A DNA stretch of 64,000 nucleotides from Candidatus Hadarchaeota archaeon (GTDB lineage Archaea > Hadarchaeota > Hadarchaeia > Hadarchaeales > JAGGTB01): NCBI GenBank assembly GCA_964399085.1, contig CAYNPN010000005.1:5328-69327 (forward strand). Reading direction: 5' to 3'. The notes under the pieces are model-generated. The model was not told the origin of the DNA, did not search any database, and saw only the letters and a list, made by a program, of their open reading frames with translations. The translations under genes and the position numbers were made by a program. Below are positions 51,020 to 60,124 of the stretch, piece after piece (positions within the stretch are counted from its first letter, which is position 1; the number at the start of each line of letters is the position of its first letter).

Positions 51020-51025
51020 AATTCA

Positions 51026-52327
51026 TTGACTAAACTCCCATCTAACCTAGACGGTATAGATATCGAGAACCACATAGTCGCTACTTATTACATCGAAACA
51101 CCATTCGACGAAATTACTCCCGTTGCAGACGCTTTCGCCAAGGAACAATCAACCGGGACTTGGACAGACGTCCCCATCGAAAACACCGAAATGGTCGAAA
51201 AGAGAACTGCCAAAGTGACGGAGATTCGGAAGCTCCCCATCGATCTAGAAGGAGCCAACGCGTGTTATCTCCAATTGGCCTTTCCAGTGGACAACATTCC
51301 GCCCGAGTTTTCAACTCTTCTCGCATCTGTAACTGGCAACATAATGATGTTCTCTCGAAACAAGTGGGCGATTAAACTGACGGACATCAGATTTCCGGAG
51401 GCATGGCTGTCGAACTTTGAAGGGCCTCAGTTCGGAATCGAGGGCCTACGGAATGAGCTCGGTGTCCCGGAGAGGCCACTGATAAACAACATGATCAAAC
51501 CCTGTACGGGACACGACGTAGAAACCCACGTGGAACTGTTCCGGGAAGCCGCTTATGGAGGTATAGACGTGATTAAAGACGACGAATTATTGACCGATCC
51601 GGAATACAATCCCTTCTTCGAAAGGGTAGAAGGATGTATGGAGGCGGTTGAAGAAGTAGAGGAAGAGACTGGTGAAAAAACACTCTACACCGCAAATGTG
51701 ACAGGGGCAATAAAGGACCTCAGGGAAAGAGCAAGAAAAGCAGTTGATAAAGGAGTTAACGCCCTGATGCTGGATAGTTCTGTAGGACTCAGCGGGCTGA
51801 GGATGTTGACAGAGGACCAAGAGATAAATGTGCCTATCCTCTATCATCCAGACTTCATGGGTAATTTTTGCGGGGCCGAAAAAGCGGGGATAGATATGGG
51901 TGCATACACCAAGATGGCCAGAATAGCAGGAGCCGACATATTGTTCACCACGGACTACAGAGGCAAATTCCCGGGTGCGACAAAGGATCTGGCGAAACGT
52001 TGCCTTACCGCCGTTACGCAGGATTTACACGACATTCCCAAAGCCATGCCCTTCGTCACGGGCGGAGGAGTTCACCCCGGAGTTGTACCGGGATTGATAG
52101 GCGACTACGGTGAAGACATAATGATCGGCGTAGGAGGGGGACTTCACGGGCACCCAGACGGCCCTCGTGCCGGCGGCAGAGCTCTCAGACAGGCCATTGA
52201 TGCCGCAGTAAACGAGATTCCGTTGGAGGAAGCCGCAGAAGAACATCCCGAGTTGCAAGCCGCATTAAATAAGTGGGGAATCATCGAATCCTCCAAGGAC
52301 GCCGAAGAACTGTACGAAACCAGATAG
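51026..52327 (+). CDS. RuBisCO large-subunit homologue, probably a RuBisCO-like protein (form IV) and not a carboxylase
   Basis: EQSTGTWT, GPQFGIEG, GIDVIKDDE and GGGLHGHPDGPRAGGRALRQA are shared with form III enzymes. However, KPKxG is IKPCTG, the H-R dyad region is YHPDF, and SGG is TGGG. The start is TTG, 6-7 nt after GGAGGTGA. Confidence 0.85.
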   Translation: MTKLPSNLDGIDIENHIVATYYIETPFDEITPVADAFAKEQSTGTWTDVPIENTEMVEKRTAKVTEIRKLPIDLEGANACYLQLAFPVDNIPPEFSTLLASVTGNIMMFSRNKWAIKLTDIRFPEAWLSNFEGPQFGIEGLRNELGVPERPLINNMIKPCTGHDVETHVELFREAAYGGIDVIKDDELLTDPEYNPFFERVEGCMEAVEEVEEETGEKTLYTANVTGAIKDLRERARKAVDKGVNALMLDSSVGLSGLRMLTEDQEINVPILYHPDFMGNFCGAEKAGIDMGAYTKMARIAGADILFTTDYRGKFPGATKDLAKRCLTAVTQDLHDIPKAMPFVTGGGVHPGVVPGLIGDYGEDIMIGVGGGLHGHPDGPRAGGRALRQAIDAAVNEIPLEEAAEEHPELQAALNKWGIIESSKDAEELYETR

Positions 52328-52430
52328 AGACGGCCTCTCCAGGAAAGGATTGAAAGGACATTCGAATATTCCTGGTCTCTCTTTCTCTTTTTTATTTTTA
52401 CGTGAGAAAAATTAGGGAATCGGATCTATT

Positions 52431-53933
52431 CTAGAGTTCGTAGATTTTTCCCAGCTTGTTCTTGATGTATTCCGTAAAATAGGACGGTTCAAGCTTCTCG
52501 TTTGTTACCCTTTGAATAAACTCCTGGGTGGGATATCGCTTTCCATGACGATGTATTTTCTCCCCAAGCCATTTTTTCAATTCCTCAAAATTCCCGTTCT
52601 CGATTTTCTCGTTTATCCTCTCGATCTCTTTGTCAAGTGTATCATAGATTTGAGCGGCTAGAACGCTTCCGAGGGAGTAAGTCGGGAAGTATCCGATGGA
52701 CCCGTGAGACCAGTGCACATCCTGCAGACATCCCTCGGAATCCCTGTCCGGACGGACTCCGAGATAACTTTCCATCTTGTCGTTCCAGACTTCCGGAATT
52801 TCTTCGATTTCCAAATCTCCCTGAATCATATCTTTCTCAATCTCGAATCTGAGAACTATGTGCATATGATATGTTAACTCGTCCGCCTCGACCCTTATTA
52901 CATTGTCTTCGTGGACCTGATTCAAAATCTCATAGGTATCATTGACCGAAATGTCTAAGGAAGGGAATTTTTCCTTGAGCTTGGGTAGGATCAACTTCCA
53001 AAAATACCTAGATCTACCTATGTGATTCTCCCAAAGTCTAGATTGTGACTCGTGGAAGGTCATCTCTCGCGACTCTCCAAGGGGGGTTCCGTAGTCATCC
53101 TTCGGGAGGCCTAGAGTATAGGTAGCATGTCCAAACTCATGGATTGTACTCAGGATTGAATCCAACAAATTATCTCCAAATCTTGTAGTAATTCGAACGT
53201 CATATTGCGTGCCCGTCGTAAACGGGTGGGGAGAGGTATCTAAGCGGCCGTGATTCCAATCGAAACCCAACAATGTTAATACTTCTCGCGCGAATTCTTC
53301 CTGTTTTTCCTCCGGGAAGTCGCCCTTCAATCTCTTCTTGTTCAAATCTGCCCCTGAACTCTTTATTTTCTCGATGAAGGGGACAAGTTCCTTTTTCAAA
53401 TGCTTGAGGATTTCAGCAGCATCGTCGAGTCCGATATAGGGTTCGAAATCCTGGAAGAGTACGCCGTATAGAGGTGAGTTCGGATCGATATGATTGGCAT
53501 ATTCCTTCTTCATGTCGACCATGTCTCTCAAAATAGGTTCGAATTCGGAGAATTCGTTCTGCTCTTTTGACTCTACCCAAATCGTGAAGGCCTCTGAAGC
53601 GGTCTTCGATATATTCTCAACCAATTCCGTCGGAACCTTGATGGCCCTTTCATATCTCCTCCTGACCTCCCTCACGACTGCCTGTTTTTCGGGGGAAATA
53701 TTCTCCGTGTCGATATCGTCGAGCAATCCTTCAGTTTTTTCATCGGTCAACAACTCGTGCTGAATTGACGAGAGTGTCGAAAGCTGTCGGGAACGGGCGG
53801 GTGTACCGGCAGGAGGCATCATAGTCTGCTGGTCCCAACTGAGAATGCTTCCAGCATGTCCGAGATTGCTGATTTTCTTAATCCTCTCGATTAACTCTTC
53901 ATAATTTCTTTGAGAATCTGATTTAGTCGTCAT
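52431..53933 (-). CDS. M32 carboxypeptidase (Taq-type)
   Basis: HEFGHATY (HExxH), HESQSRLWEN and IRVEADELTY are present. Confidence 0.9.
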   Translation of the reverse strand: MTTKSDSQRNYEELIERIKKISNLGHAGSILSWDQQTMMPPAGTPARSRQLSTLSSIQHELLTDEKTEGLLDDIDTENISPEKQAVVREVRRRYERAIKVPTELVENISKTASEAFTIWVESKEQNEFSEFEPILRDMVDMKKEYANHIDPNSPLYGVLFQDFEPYIGLDDAAEILKHLKKELVPFIEKIKSSGADLNKKRLKGDFPEEKQEEFAREVLTLLGFDWNHGRLDTSPHPFTTGTQYDVRITTRFGDNLLDSILSTIHEFGHATYTLGLPKDDYGTPLGESREMTFHESQSRLWENHIGRSRYFWKLILPKLKEKFPSLDISVNDTYEILNQVHEDNVIRVEADELTYHMHIVLRFEIEKDMIQGDLEIEEIPEVWNDKMESYLGVRPDRDSEGCLQDVHWSHGSIGYFPTYSLGSVLAAQIYDTLDKEIERINEKIENGNFEELKKWLGEKIHRHGKRYPTQEFIQRVTNEKLEPSYFTEYIKNKLGKIYEL

Positions 53934-54046
53934 CTCAACGCGATATAATAACTACTCGTTTAAGTGCTTGACCTATTTTCGTAATTGCTAAACGGATGAA
54001 AAAGTTTGAAAATAAAAAAAGGTGAGGGAGGGGGGGGTAGCTACTA

Positions 54047-54718
54047 CTATTCCGACTCCTTATGACAGAGCCACCAATCATAGCACTCAATCTCTCCGGA
54101 TTCCTCCTGTTCCTCCCGCTTCCTTATCGTCTCCACATCGCCCGCGGGTGGGAGAATTACTCTGTCTCCTATAAGTTCATTATCGGGCCAGTTGGCCGGT
54201 ATCGCAACTCCCTTCTCTTCGGATTTCTGGAACCCCTTTATCATTCTGACGAACTCGTCCATATTTCTTCCCAGCTCGGCCGGATAATACAATATAGCCC
54301 TTATCGTCGACTCGGGATCGACTATGTATACAGCTCTCACGGTCGCGGTTCCCGAACCTGGATGAATAAGGCCGAGAGCTTCCGCCACCTTTCCAGTTCC
54401 GTCGGCTATAATGGGGAACTTTATTTCTTCCCCCAGGTTATCCTCGATCCATTCCGCCCACTTCAGATGGCTGTGAACCTGATCTATGCTCAGGCCCAGC
54501 AGCTCCGTGTTCAATTCCTTAAACTGATCGTATCTCTTCTGAAATGCGTAGAATTCCGAGGTACACACCGGCGTAAAGTCGCCCGGATGGGAGAAAAGTA
54601 TCAACCATTTTCCCTCGTAGTCGTCGGGCAACTTCCTCGTTCCATGAGTCGTTTTTACTTCCATCTTGGGGAACTTATCTCCTATCAAAGGCGTTCCTTT
54701 CTCTTTTTCTTCTTCCAT
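54047..54718 (-). CDS. Peroxiredoxin (Prx6/archaeal type)
   Basis: [15 protein letters not shown] contains the peroxidatic Cys, and the length is typical. Confidence 0.9.
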   Translation of the reverse strand: MEEEKEKGTPLIGDKFPKMEVKTTHGTRKLPDDYEGKWLILFSHPGDFTPVCTSEFYAFQKRYDQFKELNTELLGLSIDQVHSHLKWAEWIEDNLGEEIKFPIIADGTGKVAEALGLIHPGSGTATVRAVYIVDPESTIRAILYYPAELGRNMDEFVRMIKGFQKSEEKGVAIPANWPDNELIGDRVILPPAGDVETIRKREEQEESGEIECYDWWLCHKESE

Positions 54719-55364
54719 TAAATCACCTCCCTGCTATATCTATTTTTATCCTTATTTTGAAAAATATCTCTAATTAACAAATTAAATGGTCCTTTTGTCT
54801 ATAAAAAGATAATAATTCACCATCAATCAATAATAAATTTAGAATAGTTAGATAAAAAAAATTTCCGGAATCATAGGGTCATTAAAATGAAATAAAAACC
54901 TATTTTCTCCTTTTTGTTCAAAAACGAAGGAGGATTCCCAAGCAGGTGCAAAAGGATACATTCTAAAAAGTAGAATTTTTTACCTCATTTATGGAGAAGT
55001 TGATTAAATCTTTCAATTCACCATATCGAAGATTTTCCAGAGGTTTTTATCTTAAAATTAACAGAAAAGTTAAGCCAATAGAAAAAAATAAAACTTTTTT
55101 AGAGAGTCTATATCCTTACTAATGATTTTTATAATATTGAAAATGGAGATTAGGCAATTTTCGTGGAGGCTTTTTTCATAGATTCTATTTTTGAAAGCTA
55201 ATTCAACAATTTTACGTCTTATTTTCAATAGATAAGTTTTAAGGGTATAGAAGCCGATTTATAACTGAATAGATCGAGAAACCTGCGACGACTAAGTAGG
55301 GAATCCAAAAGTTTCGGAGACAACGAAAGTCGGGCATACAGGTGATTCGATAGGAGGTGAAATA

Positions 55365-55646
55365 ATGACAGATGATAACGTGGTTTATGTTGGAAGCAAG
55401 AAAGAGGTAATGAGCTATGTGTTGGCGGTGACGACCCAGTTCAACAAGGGAAGTGACGAAGTGATTCTGAAGGCTCGTGGAGGAGCCATCAGCAGAGCCG
55501 TCGATACTGCGGAGATAACCAAAAACAGGTTCCTACAGAATCTGGATATTTTGGATATAACGACTGACACGGAAGAACTAGAAAACGAAGACGGCACTAC
55601 CTCGAATGTTTCTTCCATGTCCATAACACTCGGAGAAAGCGCATAG
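55365..55646 (+). CDS. albA: DNA/RNA-binding protein Alba
   Basis: [51 protein letters not shown] parallels Sulfolobus Alba. Confidence 0.9.
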   Translation: MTDDNVVYVGSKKEVMSYVLAVTTQFNKGSDEVILKARGGAISRAVDTAEITKNRFLQNLDILDITTDTEELENEDGTTSNVSSMSITLGESA

Positions 55647-55693
55647 AGATCGCTTTTCTCTGATTTTCTTTTTTTATTTTTCATCGTTGAGGA

Positions 55694-56170
55694 CTAGAAA
55701 GTGTAGGAGTTTTCAAACGATCGGGAATCGGAGATTTGCCCAAAGACCATTTTCGCTTTTATCTTCCCTTCAACAGTCATCTTAAAGCTCCCACCTTCTA
55801 AGGTATTTACTAAAGCTTCACCTAAATCGGCATACTCAACAGTGACTGACTGGCTCACCGTTTCTGTTTCCCCCGCTGAGACTTCAATTTTAGGGATATT
55901 CTCTTCCCCTATTTTTTGGCCACTGACGTAAATTTCGTAAACACCGGTGAAAGGTGGTGAATCGTAACTGGAGGGATTGTGGAACTTAATCTCAAAAGGG
56001 ATATCTATACTAGTGAGACTTACATCGGGGACTCCTGAACCTATGACTCCCGCTTCAATATTGTTCATCGCTTTGCTTTCCTGATAGTAAGTATACCCTG
56101 AAAACCCCAATATTACTAAGATGATTAGTATTCCGAGGCCGACGGTGGCACCAATTCCTTTGTCTCTCAT
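55694..56170 (-). CDS. Membrane-anchored LEA_2/WHy-like beta-sandwich protein
   Basis: It has an N-terminal TM, then a beta-rich ~120-aa domain with LEA14-like periodicity. The assignment is weak. Confidence 0.45.
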   Translation of the reverse strand: MRDKGIGATVGLGILIILVILGFSGYTYYQESKAMNNIEAGVIGSGVPDVSLTSIDIPFEIKFHNPSSYDSPPFTGVYEIYVSGQKIGEENIPKIEVSAGETETVSQSVTVEYADLGEALVNTLEGGSFKMTVEGKIKAKMVFGQISDSRSFENSYTF

Positions 56171-56939
56171 AATTTTCTCACCTCATCTGCAGACAACTGA
56201 ATTTAGGGGTTTAAGATACATTAACTTTCGTCGTCGGGGATCATTCTACCTCTTCAGGAAAGATTCATTTCGATAAGTCTCAGAATACTCTTTTTGATAA
56301 GTATTTCAAATCCTCGTGTTTCTTCCAATTATAACTAAGTTGAAATTCGGGCGGGCGGAAGCTGAAGAAAAGGAAAACCCTTACGGCGATACTTTCTTAC
56401 TCCGCTCACCAGTAGACGAAGAACCTAAAAAAATTATATGCTCGGGAGGCCTTCTTTAATCTACCAAACACCCCTCGCTTGGCACCCATGGTATCTTAGC
56501 TAGGGGAGAGGTAAATACTGAGAAAGAATGAAATGAACATCCTTTAGTCTTCCAAATACTCGACAGTCAAGCGAGAAGATTAGCAAAAAAGGTATGCCCA
56601 GTCAAGCTTTGTAACTGAGGTTCAAAACATCCAAAATTTTCTCCGCCCTTATAGGTTCCTTTTTTTAGCCCCTCATTAACTTCCCATTTCATGTCTTCTC
56701 TTCTGCGTCTTTCTGATGCTACTCTCCATACCTCTGAGGCTGGTGGGCTTATCCCCAAGTTTCTGGTGTTTCCGTCATTCACCCTAGGAGGCCTTCTTTC
56801 TGGACTTCATAAAATTATCTTCGTTGCTTAAACAAAAAAATTTTCCATTATTTTTTGGGAAAAATAATTAAAAGAGTTAAATATTACTGTTAATTTAAAA
56901 ATAAAGGTCCTTACATTTGGAATCTATTAGCGAGGTAAA

Positions 56940-57332
56940 ATGTTGAAACTGCAGGGCTGCACCAAGGATTTTCAGGGTTCGAACAAAATTGCAGATGACA
57001 TAGTAAGTCTCTTGAAAAATCTCCTGGAGAAGGCAAATAACACTGAACCAAGCTCCGTCTCCTATCGACTGCAACTAGCGAAAAGCGGGCTAGAGCAGAC
57101 CATCGGAAGGAAGATAGAAATAATGGAAGATGAGACAGGGAGCAGGGGCTTTGAAGTAGACTTGTCGCTGAGAAGGATGGGAGATTTTTTAGAGGAAACT
57201 CTGAAAGTCCCAAGGGGGAAGGCTAAAATCGGGTTAACATTGAAGAAAAACAGTGAAAACTCGAAGTCGTTAATATTCTTACAGAAATCGGCTTTAGAAA
57301 AGATTACCTCCCGGTGCATATATGCCGGGTGA
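56940..57332 (+). CDS. Hypothetical protein (doubtful)
   Basis: It is the longest ORF in an otherwise non-coding gap. Its composition is less acidic than the neighbours and no motif was recognised. Confidence 0.25.
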   Translation: MLKLQGCTKDFQGSNKIADDIVSLLKNLLEKANNTEPSSVSYRLQLAKSGLEQTIGRKIEIMEDETGSRGFEVDLSLRRMGDFLEETLKVPRGKAKIGLTLKKNSENSKSLIFLQKSALEKITSRCIYAG

Positions 57333-57370
57333 TGGCTATTCCAAAAAATAAAAAATACAGGTGAGAAATC

Positions 57371-58024
57371 GTGAAAATAATTATTATTGGAGGCGGAAGA
57401 ACGGGTCGAGGCCTAGCTGATAGGTTGTTAAAAACTGGCCACGAAACCACTATCCTCGAGTCGGACGAGGAAAAGGCCCAAGAGTTGGCTAGTTCCCTTG
57501 ACGCTCTGGTAATAAAGGGAAGTGGATCGGACATAGATGACTTAAGGGACGCGGACGCCGAAAACGCCGACGCCCTCGCCGCTGTGACGGGATCTGACGA
57601 GGTGAACTTTATGGCCTGCAAGCTCGCCAGAGAGGTAGGGGTCGATAGGATAATCACGAGGGTAAACGATAGTAGCCATGCAGAAATGTTTGAGGATGAA
57701 GGCGCCGATGTTATAATAAATCCTATTGATGCCTCCATCGGCCTATTTGAAAGAGCCATAACGGGCCCTGAAATTTACGGAATGTTAAGTTTGGGAGGAA
57801 GCAATGCCGACGTCATAGAGGTTTCGGTGTCCGAGGGATCAAAGGCCATGGGGAAGACCATCGAAGAACTCAACATACCGGACCACTGTACGATATCGGT
57901 AATAACGCGGGATGATGAGCTAGTCTCTCCCAGAGGGAGAACTAAGTTTCGGGAGGGAGATCGTGTAATCTTGGCTGGAAAACCCGAAGACGTTATTGAC
58001 ACAGGAGAGCTGTTCAGGAAGTAG
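57371..58024 (+). CDS. trkA: Trk potassium uptake protein, NAD-binding subunit
   Basis: IIIIGGGRTGRGLA is a Rossmann motif and a C-terminal TrkA_C domain is present. The start is GTG. Confidence 0.9.
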   Translation: MKIIIIGGGRTGRGLADRLLKTGHETTILESDEEKAQELASSLDALVIKGSGSDIDDLRDADAENADALAAVTGSDEVNFMACKLAREVGVDRIITRVNDSSHAEMFEDEGADVIINPIDASIGLFERAITGPEIYGMLSLGGSNADVIEVSVSEGSKAMGKTIEELNIPDHCTISVITRDDELVSPRGRTKFREGDRVILAGKPEDVIDTGELFRK

Positions 58025-58094
58025 AGAGGTTAAAAGGAGTCATTTCTTTTCAAATTAAAAAGGGGCCTTCAGATAGCAGAACTGGGATGATATC

Positions 58095-59546
58095 ATGCTT
58101 TACTTCTTGGGTCTCACGCTGATAGTTATTGGGGGAGTGATGCTCGCCCCGGTACCTATCGCCCCCCTCCTGGGCGAAACTAGCCTGATTCCCTATTTCC
58201 TGATTCCGTCCGTAATAGCGTTCTCCTTGGGGATCCTGTTTTGGAGGGTGTTTGAGGAGGATGAACTTACTTACGGCGAGGCAATGATCCTGGCCGCTCT
58301 CTCCTTCCTTTTGATATCACTTTTCGGAAGCTTTCCATTCATATGGGGGGCCGGTTTGGATCCCCTCAGCGCATATTTTGAAAGCATGTCCGGTTTCACG
58401 ACGACCGGCCTGACGATGTTCCAAATGGCGGGGCCAGGGATGATCAATGCTCCTGAGACTATACTTCTCTGGCGGAGTCTGACCCAGTGGGTTGGAGGCC
58501 TAGGGATAATGATTCTTTTCCTATCGACAATTCTCGGCGCGGGCAGGATTTCCAAAAGATTATTTTCGGCGGAGGGTGGAGGAGGGAGAATCGGGCCTGT
58601 AGATGAAAGGGGTCCCGAGATTACGATTAGCTCGATAGCGAGGTCAACATGGAAAATTTACGTCCTCTTCACCTCGTTGGCAGCTCTGATTTTTTTGCTG
58701 GCGGGAATGCCGTTCTTCGAGTCGATTAACCACGCGATGACCGCACTCGCCACCGGAGGATTTTCGGTAACCTCCGACAGTTTCGCATCTTACTCGAACC
58801 TGATTCTCGTGGTCGCTTGCTTTCCCATGATCGCGGGCGCAACAAGTTTTACCACTCATATTCGGCTTACGAAGGGCGATCTCAAGGCAATAATCGAAAG
58901 TCACGAAGTCAAACTAATGCTTTTGATAATAGCCATAGCCACCGTAATACTCTCCTCAAATCTGGGGTGGGTAAATGCCCTCTTCTCCTCGGTCACGGCT
59001 CAGACGACGGTAGGATTCTCCAGCGTTGGGGAGGCTGGCCTGATACACGGCCCTGGCTGGGGAGCCATTCAGAAGTCCTTGATAATCGTGCAAATGGTGA
59101 TAGGTGGTGGTTTCGGGTCGACGGCAGGAGCTATAAAACTAATTCGTACTATAATACTTGGAGCCGCCCTTTACTGGCTTATAAAAAGAGCCATTCTTCC
59201 GGAAAGGGCCGTAGTACCGGTGAAACTTGGAGGGGAAACTATCTCGCAGGATACGATCCTCCAAATATCTATATTCAGTTTTTCGTATGTGTTCCTCCTA
59301 GTCGTGGGTTCAATGATAACGATGGGCGCCATGCCCCAGCATAGCGCCATCAACTGTATTTTCGACTCGGCCTCGGCCCAAGGCACTGTCGGATTATCCG
59401 CCGGTGTTACTGGAATTGGCATGCCCGCCGTCGTCAAAGTTCTCTTCATAATTCAGATGTGGATCGGACGATTGGAAGTCATCCCTGCCATTGTACTTTT
59501 CGGCTATATTATTAGGAAGATCCCCCGCCGTGAAAAATCATTTTAA
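58095..59546 (+). CDS. trkH: Trk potassium uptake protein, membrane subunit
   Basis: It is polytopic with repeated pore-loop segments (SGFTTTGLT, LATGGFS, AQTTVGFS, ASAQGTVGLS). Confidence 0.9.
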   Translation: MLYFLGLTLIVIGGVMLAPVPIAPLLGETSLIPYFLIPSVIAFSLGILFWRVFEEDELTYGEAMILAALSFLLISLFGSFPFIWGAGLDPLSAYFESMSGFTTTGLTMFQMAGPGMINAPETILLWRSLTQWVGGLGIMILFLSTILGAGRISKRLFSAEGGGGRIGPVDERGPEITISSIARSTWKIYVLFTSLAALIFLLAGMPFFESINHAMTALATGGFSVTSDSFASYSNLILVVACFPMIAGATSFTTHIRLTKGDLKAIIESHEVKLMLLIIAIATVILSSNLGWVNALFSSVTAQTTVGFSSVGEAGLIHGPGWGAIQKSLIIVQMVIGGGFGSTAGAIKLIRTIILGAALYWLIKRAILPERAVVPVKLGGETISQDTILQISIFSFSYVFLLVVGSMITMGAMPQHSAINCIFDSASAQGTVGLSAGVTGIGMPAVVKVLFIIQMWIGRLEVIPAIVLFGYIIRKIPRREKSF

Positions 59547-59707
59547 GGAAATTCTAGGAAAAAGGTACTTTCCGTGGCTTTTCCTTGGTTATCCTGACAT
59601 GGCCGTTGCCGATTACCCTTCTACTAGCTTTATCGACCTATCCAGAAAATTGGAAAGAATTCAGCATCCGAATGAAAGCTTTTCCGCAATGTTTTTTCGA
59701 TTTCCCT

Positions 59708-60070
59708 CTATGAGTTTCTGATTTTTTCTGTTATCTCTTTCAATTCTTCTTCATCTTTGTCCAAGTACAGATCCTCGTTTTTTTCCAAAAATTCTTCGTA
59801 TCGTTCATTCGTCGAGTCTATGTAATCAAAAATCTGGTCTACAGCTACAACGGGTTGGTCCTTTTTAGCCCAGATCATAATCTGGTCACCCCGGACTTTC
59901 TGAGAGTAAATAGGGCCCTTTAACGCCTTGGGGTTTTCAAAGAAGTACTCCCACACCAGTTCGGGATTCTTGTTCAAGGGTATCTTGATTATGACCAAAT
60001 CTGGTTTCTTCGGGTCTATGTCCACTGCCTCTATCTCATCTCTAATCGGCCGTACTGAATCCCAGTTCAT
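59708..60070 (-). CDS. Hypothetical acidic protein (120 aa)
   Basis: The ORF has acidic composition typical of this genome and no recognised motif. Confidence 0.5.
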   Translation of the reverse strand: MNWDSVRPIRDEIEAVDIDPKKPDLVIIKIPLNKNPELVWEYFFENPKALKGPIYSQKVRGDQIMIWAKKDQPVVAVDQIFDYIDSTNERYEEFLEKNEDLYLDKDEEELKEITEKIRNS

Positions 60071-60097
60071 ATTCCCAACAAGAAAAGGAGAAGTTCA

Positions 60098-60109
60098 AAA
60101 TATAAAAAA
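60098..60109. promoter_or_regulatory. AT-rich TATA-like element between the 120-aa gene and the GC-rich block (possibly bidirectional)
   Basis: AAATATAAAAAA lies about 30 nt upstream of the ATG at 60070 on the minus strand. It also lies about 25-30 nt upstream of the first GC-rich bases at ~60130 on the plus strand. Read on the minus strand it also forms a T6 tract. Confidence 0.35.
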
Positions 60110-60124
60110 CTATTTTGAAAATGA

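Noticed and set aside
51026-52327. Bona fide form III RuBisCO of the archaeal AMP-salvage pathway
   Set aside because: By-eye alignment shows loss of the Lys177, Arg295 and His327 equivalents and of the SGG serine. No AMP phosphorylase or ribose-1,5-bisphosphate isomerase gene is adjacent. It is therefore called RuBisCO-like pending a proper alignment.
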